Of a DNA stretch of 64,000 nt, positions 56,401 through 64,000 are shown piece by piece. The stretch is taken from assembly GCA_964489445.1 (NCBI GenBank), contig CAZAYU010000002.1, positions 269,020 through 333,019 on the forward strand. The letters are read 5' to 3'. The translations under genes were made by a program, and so were the position numbers. The notes under the pieces are model-generated. The model was not told the DNA's origin. It saw only the letters and a program-made list of their open reading frames with translations, and did not search any database. Positions within the stretch are counted from its first letter, which is position 1. Each line of letters starts with the position of its first letter. This stretch comes from an uncultured Planctomycetia bacterium (lineage in GTDB: Bacteria; Omnitrophota; Gorgyraeia; Duberdicusellales; 4484-171).

Positions 56401-56578
56401 CCATAGTTGCTGGGCTTGCTCCGGGGTAATTTGCGGTAATTGTTATAACTGGGCAATCGACTACAGGCAGATCGCTTACTGGTAGTTTAAAATAAGAGGA
56501 AATGCCGAATAAAAGTGTACACACCATACACAGGCAGGTCATTATTGGTTTTTTGATGAAAATTTCAGAAAAATTCAT
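53450..56578 (-). CDS. RND efflux transporter permease (AcrB/CzcA family)
   Basis: 1042 aa with 12 TM helices and two large periplasmic loops. The N-terminus reads MNFSEIFIKKPIMTCLCM.... Confidence 0.9.
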   Translation of the reverse strand: MNFSEIFIKKPIMTCLCMVCTLLFGISSYFKLPVSDLPVVDCPVITITANYPGASPATMASTVASPLENECMQIPGLQSVISDNTEGQTSITLTFDLNRNVDLAAPDVQAAISRAMPNLPSDLPQQPIYSKNNPSDSPIFYLMVTSDTLTPGQLYDFGNRTIGQKISMVEGVSQVQVWGAKTAIRIQVDPGKLASLEIGIDEVAQAVKAGTVTIPAGSLNGQAHTFSLEPEGQLTSAQDYQKLIIAYRNNAPIKLKDVANCIDSLQNDVVRVMYGHAQGKIRAGGVCLAIRRAAGANTVALSAKIRKTIEELRIQIPASVNLDIFYDKSVKIIESVNDVKGTIVLALLLVILVIFLFIGRFADTIIPATVLPLTLVGTFAIMLACGFSLDTLSLMALTLSVGFLVDDAIVVLENSDRHIAAGKKPLNAAINSMKEITGTVISTSVSLMIVFIPLVFMGGIVGRNFKEFALTVIIAIAFSTLMALTLTPMMCARMLKGTKSQKTKLEIFINRFVNILTNQYGTALRWVLEHRFISILLWAICLLGTFWLFIVLPKTFIPEGDSGAIMGQMVTAQGTSTEKIRQFQNKINQTLKANPAVEQILTVTGAQPGADQSTGPVIAILKPPNKRKIIQKVVQELRVSLASIPLGFTYVQAMPALNLSTGGESTATGSKYSYTINGENRDQLYRCALKLEKEMKILPGFTGIQNSVKLNMPQLKIKIFRDRASTLGITAKDIEYALSLAYAGGKVTTYKTDVDQYDVIVELNKNYQKIPQNLSQIYVRSGITNKLIPLDSLAQWKEEVGPQNVPHFDQLNSATISFNLETNIALGTATKALANAAKDILEPGISGTFQGEAQEFEEAVASMGILLLVSVFLMYVILGILYESYIHPLTVLTTLPVAAFGGLATLLILGSELSMYAYIGMFMLLGIVSKNGIMMVDFANQNLAEGTTSSFEAIHNACLTRFRPILMTGMSTIMGAIPIALGFGADGASRQPLGLIIVGGLAFAQVITLFVTPGIFLYMQEFQEKFLDRFELSRSTAAKKHN

Positions 56579-56638
56579 AGCATCTACGAACCTTATTAAT
56601 TAATATAATAAAAATATTAGGTATATACTGGTCTGCTT

Positions 56639-57802
56639 TTATTGCTTAACAGGATTATTTTGTTTTTGCTGGTCGATATTGATAACGAAAACTTGTGGGC
56701 TTAAACCCATTTGTCCAGCGGTTACTATTGTTTCTTTTGGCCCTACTCCTTTGGTAATTTCAATTGTATCGTTATACTTTTGGCCGGTTTCTACCTGATG
56801 CAATTCTGCTTGGTTATTTTTGTTAACCGTAAATAAGTAAGGTCCGTTTTGTCCGAATTGAATAGCTTCGTAAGGAACTAAAACAGCATTTTCGGTAATT
56901 CCTAGAATCAAACGTACAGAGACAAATTGTCCGGGCCAGAGGGCATCTTGTTTGTTAGAAACAATAGCAGTTAAACCGATAGTTCCGCTGGAGACATCAA
57001 CAGTGTTATCCAGAAAAGATAACTCACCAAAGTAGGGGCTGTTTTTGTCTTCATCAATATAGATGTTTACTTTTAGCTTGGCCTTGGCCATTGCTGTACG
57101 TAATTTTGGTAAATATCGTTCTGATATAGTAAAATCAACATTTAGGCTGTCAGTTGTTTTTATGTTGACTAATGCCGGTCCATTATTTGCTGGAACGATA
57201 TTGCCAGGATCAATTAGTAATTTTCCAGTTACCCCGTTGATTGGGGAACATATATAGCAATATTTCAGAATTATTTCTTCGAGAATAAATACTGCTTTAT
57301 CTAAATGGACCTTTGACTGGGCTATTTCAACATCAGTCTTATATTTTTCGAATTCTTGTTCGGAAATATATTCATTAGCAATAAGGCTTTTATTTCTTTT
57401 AAGAGTATCTTTTTTAAATTCTAAATCAGCGTTATCCTGGTTGAGTGCTGCTTTGGCTTTATTAAGATTTGTTTTAAATTCTTCAGGCCCTACTGTAAAC
57501 AACAAATCTCCCTTTGACACTTTATCTCCCTCTTTAAAATGGACTTCTTTTATCTTTCCGGTAACTTGCGATTTAATATCAACGTTGTCTAAAGACGAAA
57601 GAGTTCCGAATGTTTCAATATAGACCGGAATATTTTTTTGAATCGAAAGTGCTGTTTGTACTGGACGGGGAGATATTGTAGAGTTTAGTGTCTTTTTATT
57701 TCGATCTTTTAGATGAATTGCAAATAGTAGAAAAAAAGTAATTAGGCAGATGATTCCTATAAGTTTTTTGAAACGGGATAATACTTTATTTTTGTGACTC
57801 AT
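56639..57802 (-). CDS. RND efflux periplasmic adaptor (membrane fusion protein)
   Basis: 387 aa with an N-terminal anchor, a coiled-coil hairpin and lipoyl/beta-barrel domains. Lies immediately upstream of the RND pump. Confidence 0.85.
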   Translation of the reverse strand: MSHKNKVLSRFKKLIGIICLITFFLLFAIHLKDRNKKTLNSTISPRPVQTALSIQKNIPVYIETFGTLSSLDNVDIKSQVTGKIKEVHFKEGDKVSKGDLLFTVGPEEFKTNLNKAKAALNQDNADLEFKKDTLKRNKSLIANEYISEQEFEKYKTDVEIAQSKVHLDKAVFILEEIILKYCYICSPINGVTGKLLIDPGNIVPANNGPALVNIKTTDSLNVDFTISERYLPKLRTAMAKAKLKVNIYIDEDKNSPYFGELSFLDNTVDVSSGTIGLTAIVSNKQDALWPGQFVSVRLILGITENAVLVPYEAIQFGQNGPYLFTVNKNNQAELHQVETGQKYNDTIEITKGVGPKETIVTAGQMGLSPQVFVINIDQQKQNNPVKQ

Positions 57803-57844
57803 TGTTAATGCTTTTTTAATGTGTACTATTTTCTTTTAACATAG

Positions 57845-59323
57845 TTAATAATTTAATAGTGTTGTGCTGAGTTCTTTTTTCCTTTTGGTGATTGATCCGG
57901 TAGCATGGGCTAAATTAGCTAAGCTGATGAATAAATTATTTTCGGATTGGATCAAGTTGCTGCTTGCTTCTGACAGTTGGCTTTTAGTCTTAATTAAGTC
58001 CAGAATATCTTTTAATCCAGCCTGGTAATTTTCTGAAATTGAATTGTATATTGCTTTTGCATTGTTAAAAGAAGCTTTGGCGGATGTGTATTCTTTACGG
58101 GCTGTTTTAAATGCGTAATAGTTGGTCCATATGTTTAGGCTAGCTGTGAGTTCTGCCTGACTTAATTTTTGGTATTCTGCTTCTAGAGTGGCTTCTTGAG
58201 CTTGTTTTTTATTAAGATTGTAAAAACCATCAAAAATGTTCCAGGTGACATTCAGATATCCGGCGTATTCGGAATCGTTATTATATTCTTTTTGTAAATT
58301 GTAGTATTTGTACCAATTCTTCGCGGCTGATCCGCCAATAGTAATTTCTGGCCATAAATCAGAGCTAGCTGCTTTTACAGCTTCCTTTTGTGCTTGTAAA
58401 GTTTTTTTTAAGGACATAATGTTTGGTTTGCTTGTCAGGGAGGTTTTGATGAGTTGATGGATGTCTTGAGAGCTTATGTCTGTTGGTATTTCTCTTAATG
58501 GGGTAGTAACCTCTAAATTGATGTTTGGCGGGAACCCTAAAACTTGAGCTAGGTTTGCTTTTGCAATTTTAATATTGCTGCTTGCTTTTTGAAAATTGTA
58601 AGCTGAATTATCATAGTTATACTGAGCCTCCAGGATATTAAGCTTAGATACCAGGCCAGCTTGAAATTTTTGTTGAGCAGCATTAAGAAGCAATCTTGTT
58701 TCTTTTAAATTAATGCGAGCCGCTTTTAATTCTGATTGGTTGCTATAGAGTACATAGTATGATTTTTCTACTTCTAAAAGCAAATCTTGAATTGATTGGT
58801 TAAATTGAAAATTAGCTGCTAATAGCCTTAACGATGCTTCTTCGACATCTGCTTTTCGGCCTCCGAAATCAAGAAGCAAGTATGTTATTTGTGAGGCTGG
58901 TCCGTATTTAAAATCGTTGATATCAGCTGTAGGTTGGTTTGCCTCGGCTTTTTCTCTTTGAGCAGAAGCGCTAATAGTTAGTTGTGGATAGAATTTGCTT
59001 TTAGCTTGGTATATTTCGGCTTCTTTTACTCGAGTTGCTTCCCAGGCTAAATGAGTAGATGGACTGTTGAATAAGGCGATATCAATGAGTTCAATTAAGT
59101 TGAGGGGTTTTGAAATAGTAATTTTTTTTTCTTGAAGATAATCCCAGATTTGGTTTTTTGTCTCGGAGTTTTTGCTAAACTTTGACGATTTCCAGTTTTC
59201 GGAATAATTTAAAGGAGCTTTAGGAGTGGAGCAACTCACTAACATTGGTACCAATAGAATAAATAATGCAGACGATATCAACTGAACTACTACTAATCTA
59301 AACCTTGCAGATACAATGCTCAT
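57845..59323 (-). CDS. TolC-family outer membrane efflux protein
   Basis: 492 aa with a signal/lipoprotein-like N-terminus (VSCST) and two TolC repeat halves rich in coiled coil. First gene of the tolC-mfp-rnd operon. Confidence 0.85.
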   Translation of the reverse strand: MSIVSARFRLVVVQLISSALFILLVPMLVSCSTPKAPLNYSENWKSSKFSKNSETKNQIWDYLQEKKITISKPLNLIELIDIALFNSPSTHLAWEATRVKEAEIYQAKSKFYPQLTISASAQREKAEANQPTADINDFKYGPASQITYLLLDFGGRKADVEEASLRLLAANFQFNQSIQDLLLEVEKSYYVLYSNQSELKAARINLKETRLLLNAAQQKFQAGLVSKLNILEAQYNYDNSAYNFQKASSNIKIAKANLAQVLGFPPNINLEVTTPLREIPTDISSQDIHQLIKTSLTSKPNIMSLKKTLQAQKEAVKAASSDLWPEITIGGSAAKNWYKYYNLQKEYNNDSEYAGYLNVTWNIFDGFYNLNKKQAQEATLEAEYQKLSQAELTASLNIWTNYYAFKTARKEYTSAKASFNNAKAIYNSISENYQAGLKDILDLIKTKSQLSEASSNLIQSENNLFISLANLAHATGSITKRKKELSTTLLNY

Positions 59324-59521
59324 AAATTCTAGTTTCTAACTCAGACATGCCTAGAGGAAAAATAAGTTAAGAGATAGTCTATACTCTCAAAATATATTAC
59401 AATATTATACCATAGATGGTAAATAAATAAGAAAAGAAATATTTTATTGGCAGAATCTATCAGAGATTATTTCTAATAATAAGCTTGAGAATATAATAAA
59501 ATATTGTAAAATATATTTACT

Positions 59522-60391
59522 ATGGGATTAAGGGCAAAAAAACGAAAAATTCGGGCAATGGAAAGGGAAAATAATAATTTAGGGGGGGCATTTCCTAAGC
59601 TATTTGTAGTTATTGTTATTTTGCTGTTTGTTGTCTTTCGTCTTTACGATGTATTTATTTATCCCAATGTTAGTATTATCTCTGGTGAAATTTTACTTAG
59701 TCTAGCTTTAGGGTTGATGGGTTATTTATTAGTTCGGGAGGTCAAAGATAATCGAAAGCTTCAGCTATTGAATAAGAATCTTGCAAATATTTATGCGAAG
59801 CTGGAACGCGCGGAAATTGATACAATAACCGTTTTAATCCGAACTGAGGAAGCAAAAGACCCTTATGTTCGTGGCCATTCAAAGCGGGTAGCTAAGTATT
59901 CTTTGGCTATCGCTAAAGACATGAAGCTTGCTCGCAGGGAACAAAGGGTTATTGAACGTGCAGCAATACTTCACGATCTAGGTAAACTTGGTGTAATGGA
60001 TGAAATATTAAAGAAGCCGGGTAAGCTTGATGACGAGGAGCAAAAAATAATGCGCAAGCATCCACGGGATGGAGTAGAGATACTTAAACCTCTAGACTTT
60101 TTATCACGCGAAAAAGATATTATTCTTTATCATCATGAGTGGTATAACGGAGAAGGATATCCGGATGGCCTTCAGGGTGAAAAGATACCCTTAGGATCAA
60201 GGATTATCTCGGTTGCCGACGCATTTGACGCTATGAATTCCGAGCGTTCGTATCGCAAGTGTTTACCACGAAGAGCAATAATTACTGAATTAAAAAAATC
60301 ATCCGGAACTCAATTAGATCCTCAAATTGTAAAGGTATTTCTAAAATTAATCAAAGATAACCCTTCCTACTGGGAAAGAGGACAAGAATAA
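59522..60391 (+). CDS. HD-GYP domain protein (putative c-di-GMP phosphodiesterase) with N-terminal TM segments
   Basis: 289 aa with HD at ILHDLGKLGV and HHEWYNGEGYPDGL (HD-GYP signature). Two N-terminal TM helices. Confidence 0.8.
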   Translation: MGLRAKKRKIRAMERENNNLGGAFPKLFVVIVILLFVVFRLYDVFIYPNVSIISGEILLSLALGLMGYLLVREVKDNRKLQLLNKNLANIYAKLERAEIDTITVLIRTEEAKDPYVRGHSKRVAKYSLAIAKDMKLARREQRVIERAAILHDLGKLGVMDEILKKPGKLDDEEQKIMRKHPRDGVEILKPLDFLSREKDIILYHHEWYNGEGYPDGLQGEKIPLGSRIISVADAFDAMNSERSYRKCLPRRAIITELKKSSGTQLDPQIVKVFLKLIKDNPSYWERGQE

Positions 60392-60511
60392 ATTAGGATT
60401 ATTTTCTTAGAAGTGATAAATAGTAATTTTAGTGTACTTCGTAAATACTTACCAGAGAATTTCGAAATTATAGTCTAACAATACCGTTAACACCTAAGCT
60501 AATAATATTTT

Positions 60512-61633
60512 ATGGAAAAGGTAAATATTGCAGTTATTGGATCGGGGGTTGTAGGGTTAGCTTGTGCGTATGAACTTTCTAAAAAATATTCTGATATTTT
60601 AATTCTAGAGAAACATCTTTCATTTGGGCAAGAAACAAGCTCTAGGAACAGTGAAGTAATTCATGCCGGAATTTACTACCCGCAAGATTCATTAAAAACA
60701 AAAACTTGTATTGAGGGAAGAAAATTAGTATATGAGTATTGCCGAAAAAATAATGTTGGATGTGTACAAACTACTAAAGTTATTGTTGCTAAAGATAGCC
60801 AAGAAATGGAGGAGCTAGAAAATATTTTTAAAACAGGCTTGAATAATGGAATCAGTGACATAAAGCTTATCTCCAAAAATGAGTTATTACGAATGGAACC
60901 TCGTGTTAATGCTGTCGGTGCTATTTATTCTCCTTCGACTGGAATTATAGATTCACACGGGCTAATGAAAAAATTATCATTTGTATCAACATCACAAGGT
61001 GTTGATATTGTTTATGATAGTAAAGTAGTTGCTATTGATAAGATTAAAGATGGGTTTAAGATTTGGGTAACTGATAGGCGGGGAGAGTGTTTTGAGTTTA
61101 AAACAAGAATTGTAGTTAATTCTGCCGGTCTTTATGCAGATAAAGTCGCAGAGATGGTCGGAATAAAAAATAATGGGTACCGCATAAGATATTCAAAAGG
61201 TGATTATTTTCGTGTGGGAAATAATAAAGGGAAAATGATTAATAGATTGGTATATCCAGTTCCTGACAATAAAGGTTCAGGATTAGGGATACATGCTACA
61301 TTAGATTTATGTAGTGGTTTACGGTTGGGCCCTGACGATCAGTATGTGGACGATGTTGACTACCAAATAGATGAATCTAAAAAGGATATCTTTTTTAATA
61401 ATGTAAAAACATTCTTACCGTTTATTGACCTTGGTGATTTAAGCCCGGATACTTCTGGAATTCGTCCAAAACTTAGTTCTCCAATGCAAGAATTTCGAGA
61501 TTTTATCATTAAAGAAGAAAGCGGTGAAGGTTTTCCGGGGTTTATTAATCTTATCGGTATTGAATCTCCGGGTTTAACTAGTTCTTTGGCGATTGCTAAA
61601 ATGGTTAAAAAAATGGTTGATCAAATGAAGTAA
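60512..61633 (+). CDS. FAD-dependent oxidoreductase (L-2-hydroxyglutarate oxidase LhgO-like)
   Basis: 373 aa with N-terminal NIAVIGSGVVGLACAYEL. The DAO-family fold resembles LhgO/YgaF. Confidence 0.65.
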   Translation: MEKVNIAVIGSGVVGLACAYELSKKYSDILILEKHLSFGQETSSRNSEVIHAGIYYPQDSLKTKTCIEGRKLVYEYCRKNNVGCVQTTKVIVAKDSQEMEELENIFKTGLNNGISDIKLISKNELLRMEPRVNAVGAIYSPSTGIIDSHGLMKKLSFVSTSQGVDIVYDSKVVAIDKIKDGFKIWVTDRRGECFEFKTRIVVNSAGLYADKVAEMVGIKNNGYRIRYSKGDYFRVGNNKGKMINRLVYPVPDNKGSGLGIHATLDLCSGLRLGPDDQYVDDVDYQIDESKKDIFFNNVKTFLPFIDLGDLSPDTSGIRPKLSSPMQEFRDFIIKEESGEGFPGFINLIGIESPGLTSSLAIAKMVKKMVDQMK

Positions 61634-61885
61634 ATATTTTTTTGGAAAATATAATAGCAACAAAAAAATATTATTCTGAAAAAACTAACACCATGGTTGA
61701 TAAACAAATGAATTTTTCTAATTGAATGTTTAGAGTGAAATAATCTAAACATAATTGATTAGTATTAATATTTGCAAATTAGTGGATAAAGTATAAAATA
61801 CCTAATAGAATTACAACCTAACTGTTAATTTCTGTATAAAAGATAATGAGATAAAATAAATAGTAAAATACGCGAGGTAGATAAT

Positions 61886-63334
61886 ATGCTGGAATATCAA
61901 AAAGTAAACTTAAAAGCTGAAAAGTTTAAGCCTCAGATTACAATGATGATTCCCGAAGATGTGGCTCGTAAATACAAGGCAATTGCTGTAAAAATTGACG
62001 GTGACAGCTTATGTGTGGCATTGCCGGATCCCTCTAATTTACCGGTTGTTGATGAATTATGCTTGTTGACTGGTTGTGCTGTGAAACCCCTAAAAGCATC
62101 AGAAAAAGATATTACGGAGGCAATTGATAAGTGCTATAAGGTTGCTGATACTAGCAAACAGGCGTTGGTTGATATGCGGCTAGAAAAACTTAAAGTTACT
62201 GCTGACAAGATAGAGGAGTCTGAGGCAGAACAAACGCGTAACATTGAAGAGATACCCATTGTTAAATTGGTCAACGATCTTATCGGTGGTGGAATTATCG
62301 CAAAAGCCAGCGATATTCATATTGAGCCTCAAGAGCCGGAGATGGTTGTTCGTTATAGAATTGACGGGGCACTTCATGATATTATGAATATTCCTAAACA
62401 TATCAAGCCGGCAGTGGTTTCGCGAATTAAAATTTTATCAAACATGGATATTACTGAACGTCGACGGCCGCAGGATGGGCATATAGTGTTAAAAAAAGAA
62501 GGAAAAGAATATGACATTCGAGTTTCGTCAATGCTGACAATTTGTGGAGAAAAAATTGTAATGAGGGTTTTTGATAAGACAGCGATGCTTATTAGCTTAG
62601 AGAAATTAGGCTTTACTAAGGAAGATGAGTTGAGATTTAAAGAACTAGCTAAAAAACCTCATGGTATGATGCTAATCACTGGACCCACAGGAAGTGGTAA
62701 GACAACAACGCTTTATGCTTTACTAAAACAGCTTAGCTCACAAGAAAAAAATATTATTACCATTGAAAACCCGGTTGAGTATAAGTTGGATAGGATTAAT
62801 CAAATTCAGGTTGATGAAGGGATCAATATGACATTTGCTACTAGCCTAAGAACTATTCTTCGTCAGGATCCGGATATTGTAATGGTTGGGGAAATACGTG
62901 ATAAAGAAACAGCAGAAATTGCTATTCAAGCCGCGCTAACAGGGCATTTGGTGCTAAGCACTTTACATACTAATGATGCTCCCAGTGCGATTACTCGTTT
63001 GGTGGATATGGGTGTCGAACCGTTTTTGATTGCTTCTACGATTATCGGTTGCATAGCCCAAAGATTAGCACGGAGAATTTGTTCGGAATGTAAAGGTAGA
63101 GGTTGTGATAGTTGCTATAATACGGGGTATAAAGGAAGAACAGGTATTTGCGAGCTAATGATTGTGAGCGAGAACATTCAGAAGTTAATTTTAGAAAAAA
63201 AACCGGCTTCGGAAATTAAAAAAGTAGCTATTAAAGAAGGAATGAGTACGCTTCAGGAAAATGGAAGAAAGAAAATTTCCGAAGGTATTTCTACTGCAGA
63301 AGAAATAGGAAAAGTTATTTTCGAAGGAGTTTAA
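61886..63334 (+). CDS. Second GspE/PilB-family secretion ATPase with T2SSE N-terminal domain
   Basis: 482 aa with Walker A GPTGSGKTT and a zinc-binding CxxC...CxxC (CSECKGRGCDSC). About 50% similar to pilB at 25768 in the ATPase core. Confidence 0.85.
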   Translation: MLEYQKVNLKAEKFKPQITMMIPEDVARKYKAIAVKIDGDSLCVALPDPSNLPVVDELCLLTGCAVKPLKASEKDITEAIDKCYKVADTSKQALVDMRLEKLKVTADKIEESEAEQTRNIEEIPIVKLVNDLIGGGIIAKASDIHIEPQEPEMVVRYRIDGALHDIMNIPKHIKPAVVSRIKILSNMDITERRRPQDGHIVLKKEGKEYDIRVSSMLTICGEKIVMRVFDKTAMLISLEKLGFTKEDELRFKELAKKPHGMMLITGPTGSGKTTTLYALLKQLSSQEKNIITIENPVEYKLDRINQIQVDEGINMTFATSLRTILRQDPDIVMVGEIRDKETAEIAIQAALTGHLVLSTLHTNDAPSAITRLVDMGVEPFLIASTIIGCIAQRLARRICSECKGRGCDSCYNTGYKGRTGICELMIVSENIQKLILEKKPASEIKKVAIKEGMSTLQENGRKKISEGISTAEEIGKVIFEGV

Positions 63335-64000
63335 TGGCCCGTTACGCTTATCTAGCTAAAGATGCTGATGGTAAATCATACAAGGGAAGCATTGAAGCTT
63401 ACAATGAAGCAGAATTAACCGAAAAGTTAAAAGATATGGGATTTTATCCTACTTCTGTTAAGCGGGAAAAAGGGCTGATTATCTTTGGTGCTAAACGTGT
63501 TTCTCCCCAGGAATTAGTTGTTTTTTCTCGTCAGCTTTCAACAATGGTTGGTGCCGGGTTGACTTTAAATAAATCTTTAGAAGCATTAGAGAAGCAAACA
63601 GATAGCTCTTATCTAAAAATAATTATTTCTGAAATAAGGATAAATATAGAAGGCGGCGTGTCTTTATCTAAGGCTATGGAAAAGCATAAGGCAGTATTTA
63701 GTGATTTCTTTGTAGGGATGGTTGAGGCCGGAGAAAGCGGAGGAGTATTAAAAAAAGTTTTAGAACGACTTGCTGACCATTTGGAAAAACAAGAGGCGCT
63801 AAAGCGTAGCGTAAGAGGAGCATTTGCCTATCCGGTAGTTGTGGGAACATTAGCTGTTTTAGTTGTTGGTTTTCTAGTGATATTTATTGTCCCGGTTTTT
63901 AAAAGTGTTTACGATCGGATGCATTTATCGCTTCCTTTGCCTACTTTATTGCTAATTGGTGCTAGTAATTGTGCCCGAAAATTTTGGTGGTTAATTATAA
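63335..64000 (+). CDS. Second GspF/PilC-family platform protein (5' part; continues beyond window)
   Basis: An ATG at 63335 overlaps the stop of the upstream ATPase. MARYAYLAKDADGKSYKGSIEAYNEAELTEKLKDMGFYP parallels the N-terminus of pilC at 27535. Confidence 0.7.

Noticed and set aside
1-64000. CRISPR arrays, transposases, integrases, restriction-modification or toxin-antitoxin genes
   Set aside because: I found no regularly spaced direct repeats and no ORF with DDE/tyrosine-recombinase/MTase motifs. The only mobile-element-like signal is the GC-shifted islet at tRNA-His, reported above.

Overview
The window is a low-GC (roughly 35%) chromosomal segment from a diderm bacterium. The diderm call rests on a secretin, a TolC/RND efflux operon and a beta-barrel protein ending in Phe. 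A PVC/Omnitrophota-like lineage is a guess from gene content and cannot be shown from the sequence alone. Most of the window is housekeeping, in this order: hisA 3' end; rplM-rpsI; a riboflavin operon (ribBA-ribH-nusB-PHP-ribD, no ribE); an overlapping addA-addB helicase-nuclease pair; rpsU on the minus strand; pyk; split coaB and coaC in reversed order; a glycine-cleavage/lipoylation block (DUF167-gcvT-gcvH-gcvPA-gcvPB-lipoate ligase-lipA); pyrE; smpB; suhB; five tRNAs (Ser, Leu, Pro, Arg, His); a fabK-like gene; a tandem-domain ThyX next to a family-4 UDG; a PAS/GAF histidine kinase with two paralogous CheY-like receivers; rmuC; a tolC-MFP-RND efflux operon; an HD-GYP protein; and an LhgO-like oxidase. 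The main accessory block is an ~10.5 kb type IV pilus / T2SS-like locus at 21.6-32.1 kb. It runs from a 61-aa excisionase-type HTH gene preceded by a perfect 22-bp palindrome, through pilM-N fusion, pilO-like, pilP-like ('RDPF'), a secretin pilQ, a pilB ATPase with a tandem MshEN-type (c-di-GMP-binding-like) N-terminus, pilC, and five prepilin genes, to an outer-membrane beta-barrel gene. Only the first prepilin has the canonical Gly at -1. The others have A/A/T/S at -1. No prepilin peptidase and no PilT are present in the window. A second gspE/gspF pair lies at the 3' edge next to the HD-GYP gene. Other points of note are a higher-GC islet with a hypothetical ORF and a promoter/terminator-bounded ~100-nt candidate sRNA immediately 3' of tRNA-His, a frameshifted aminopeptidase gene, duplicated promoter modules upstream of tRNA-Pro/Arg, and an unusual C-terminal extension on the histidine kinase. 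I found no CRISPR array, no recognisable transposase or integrase, and no riboswitch I could support. I cannot point to a novel system with confidence. The pilus locus and the tRNA-His islet are where I would look first.
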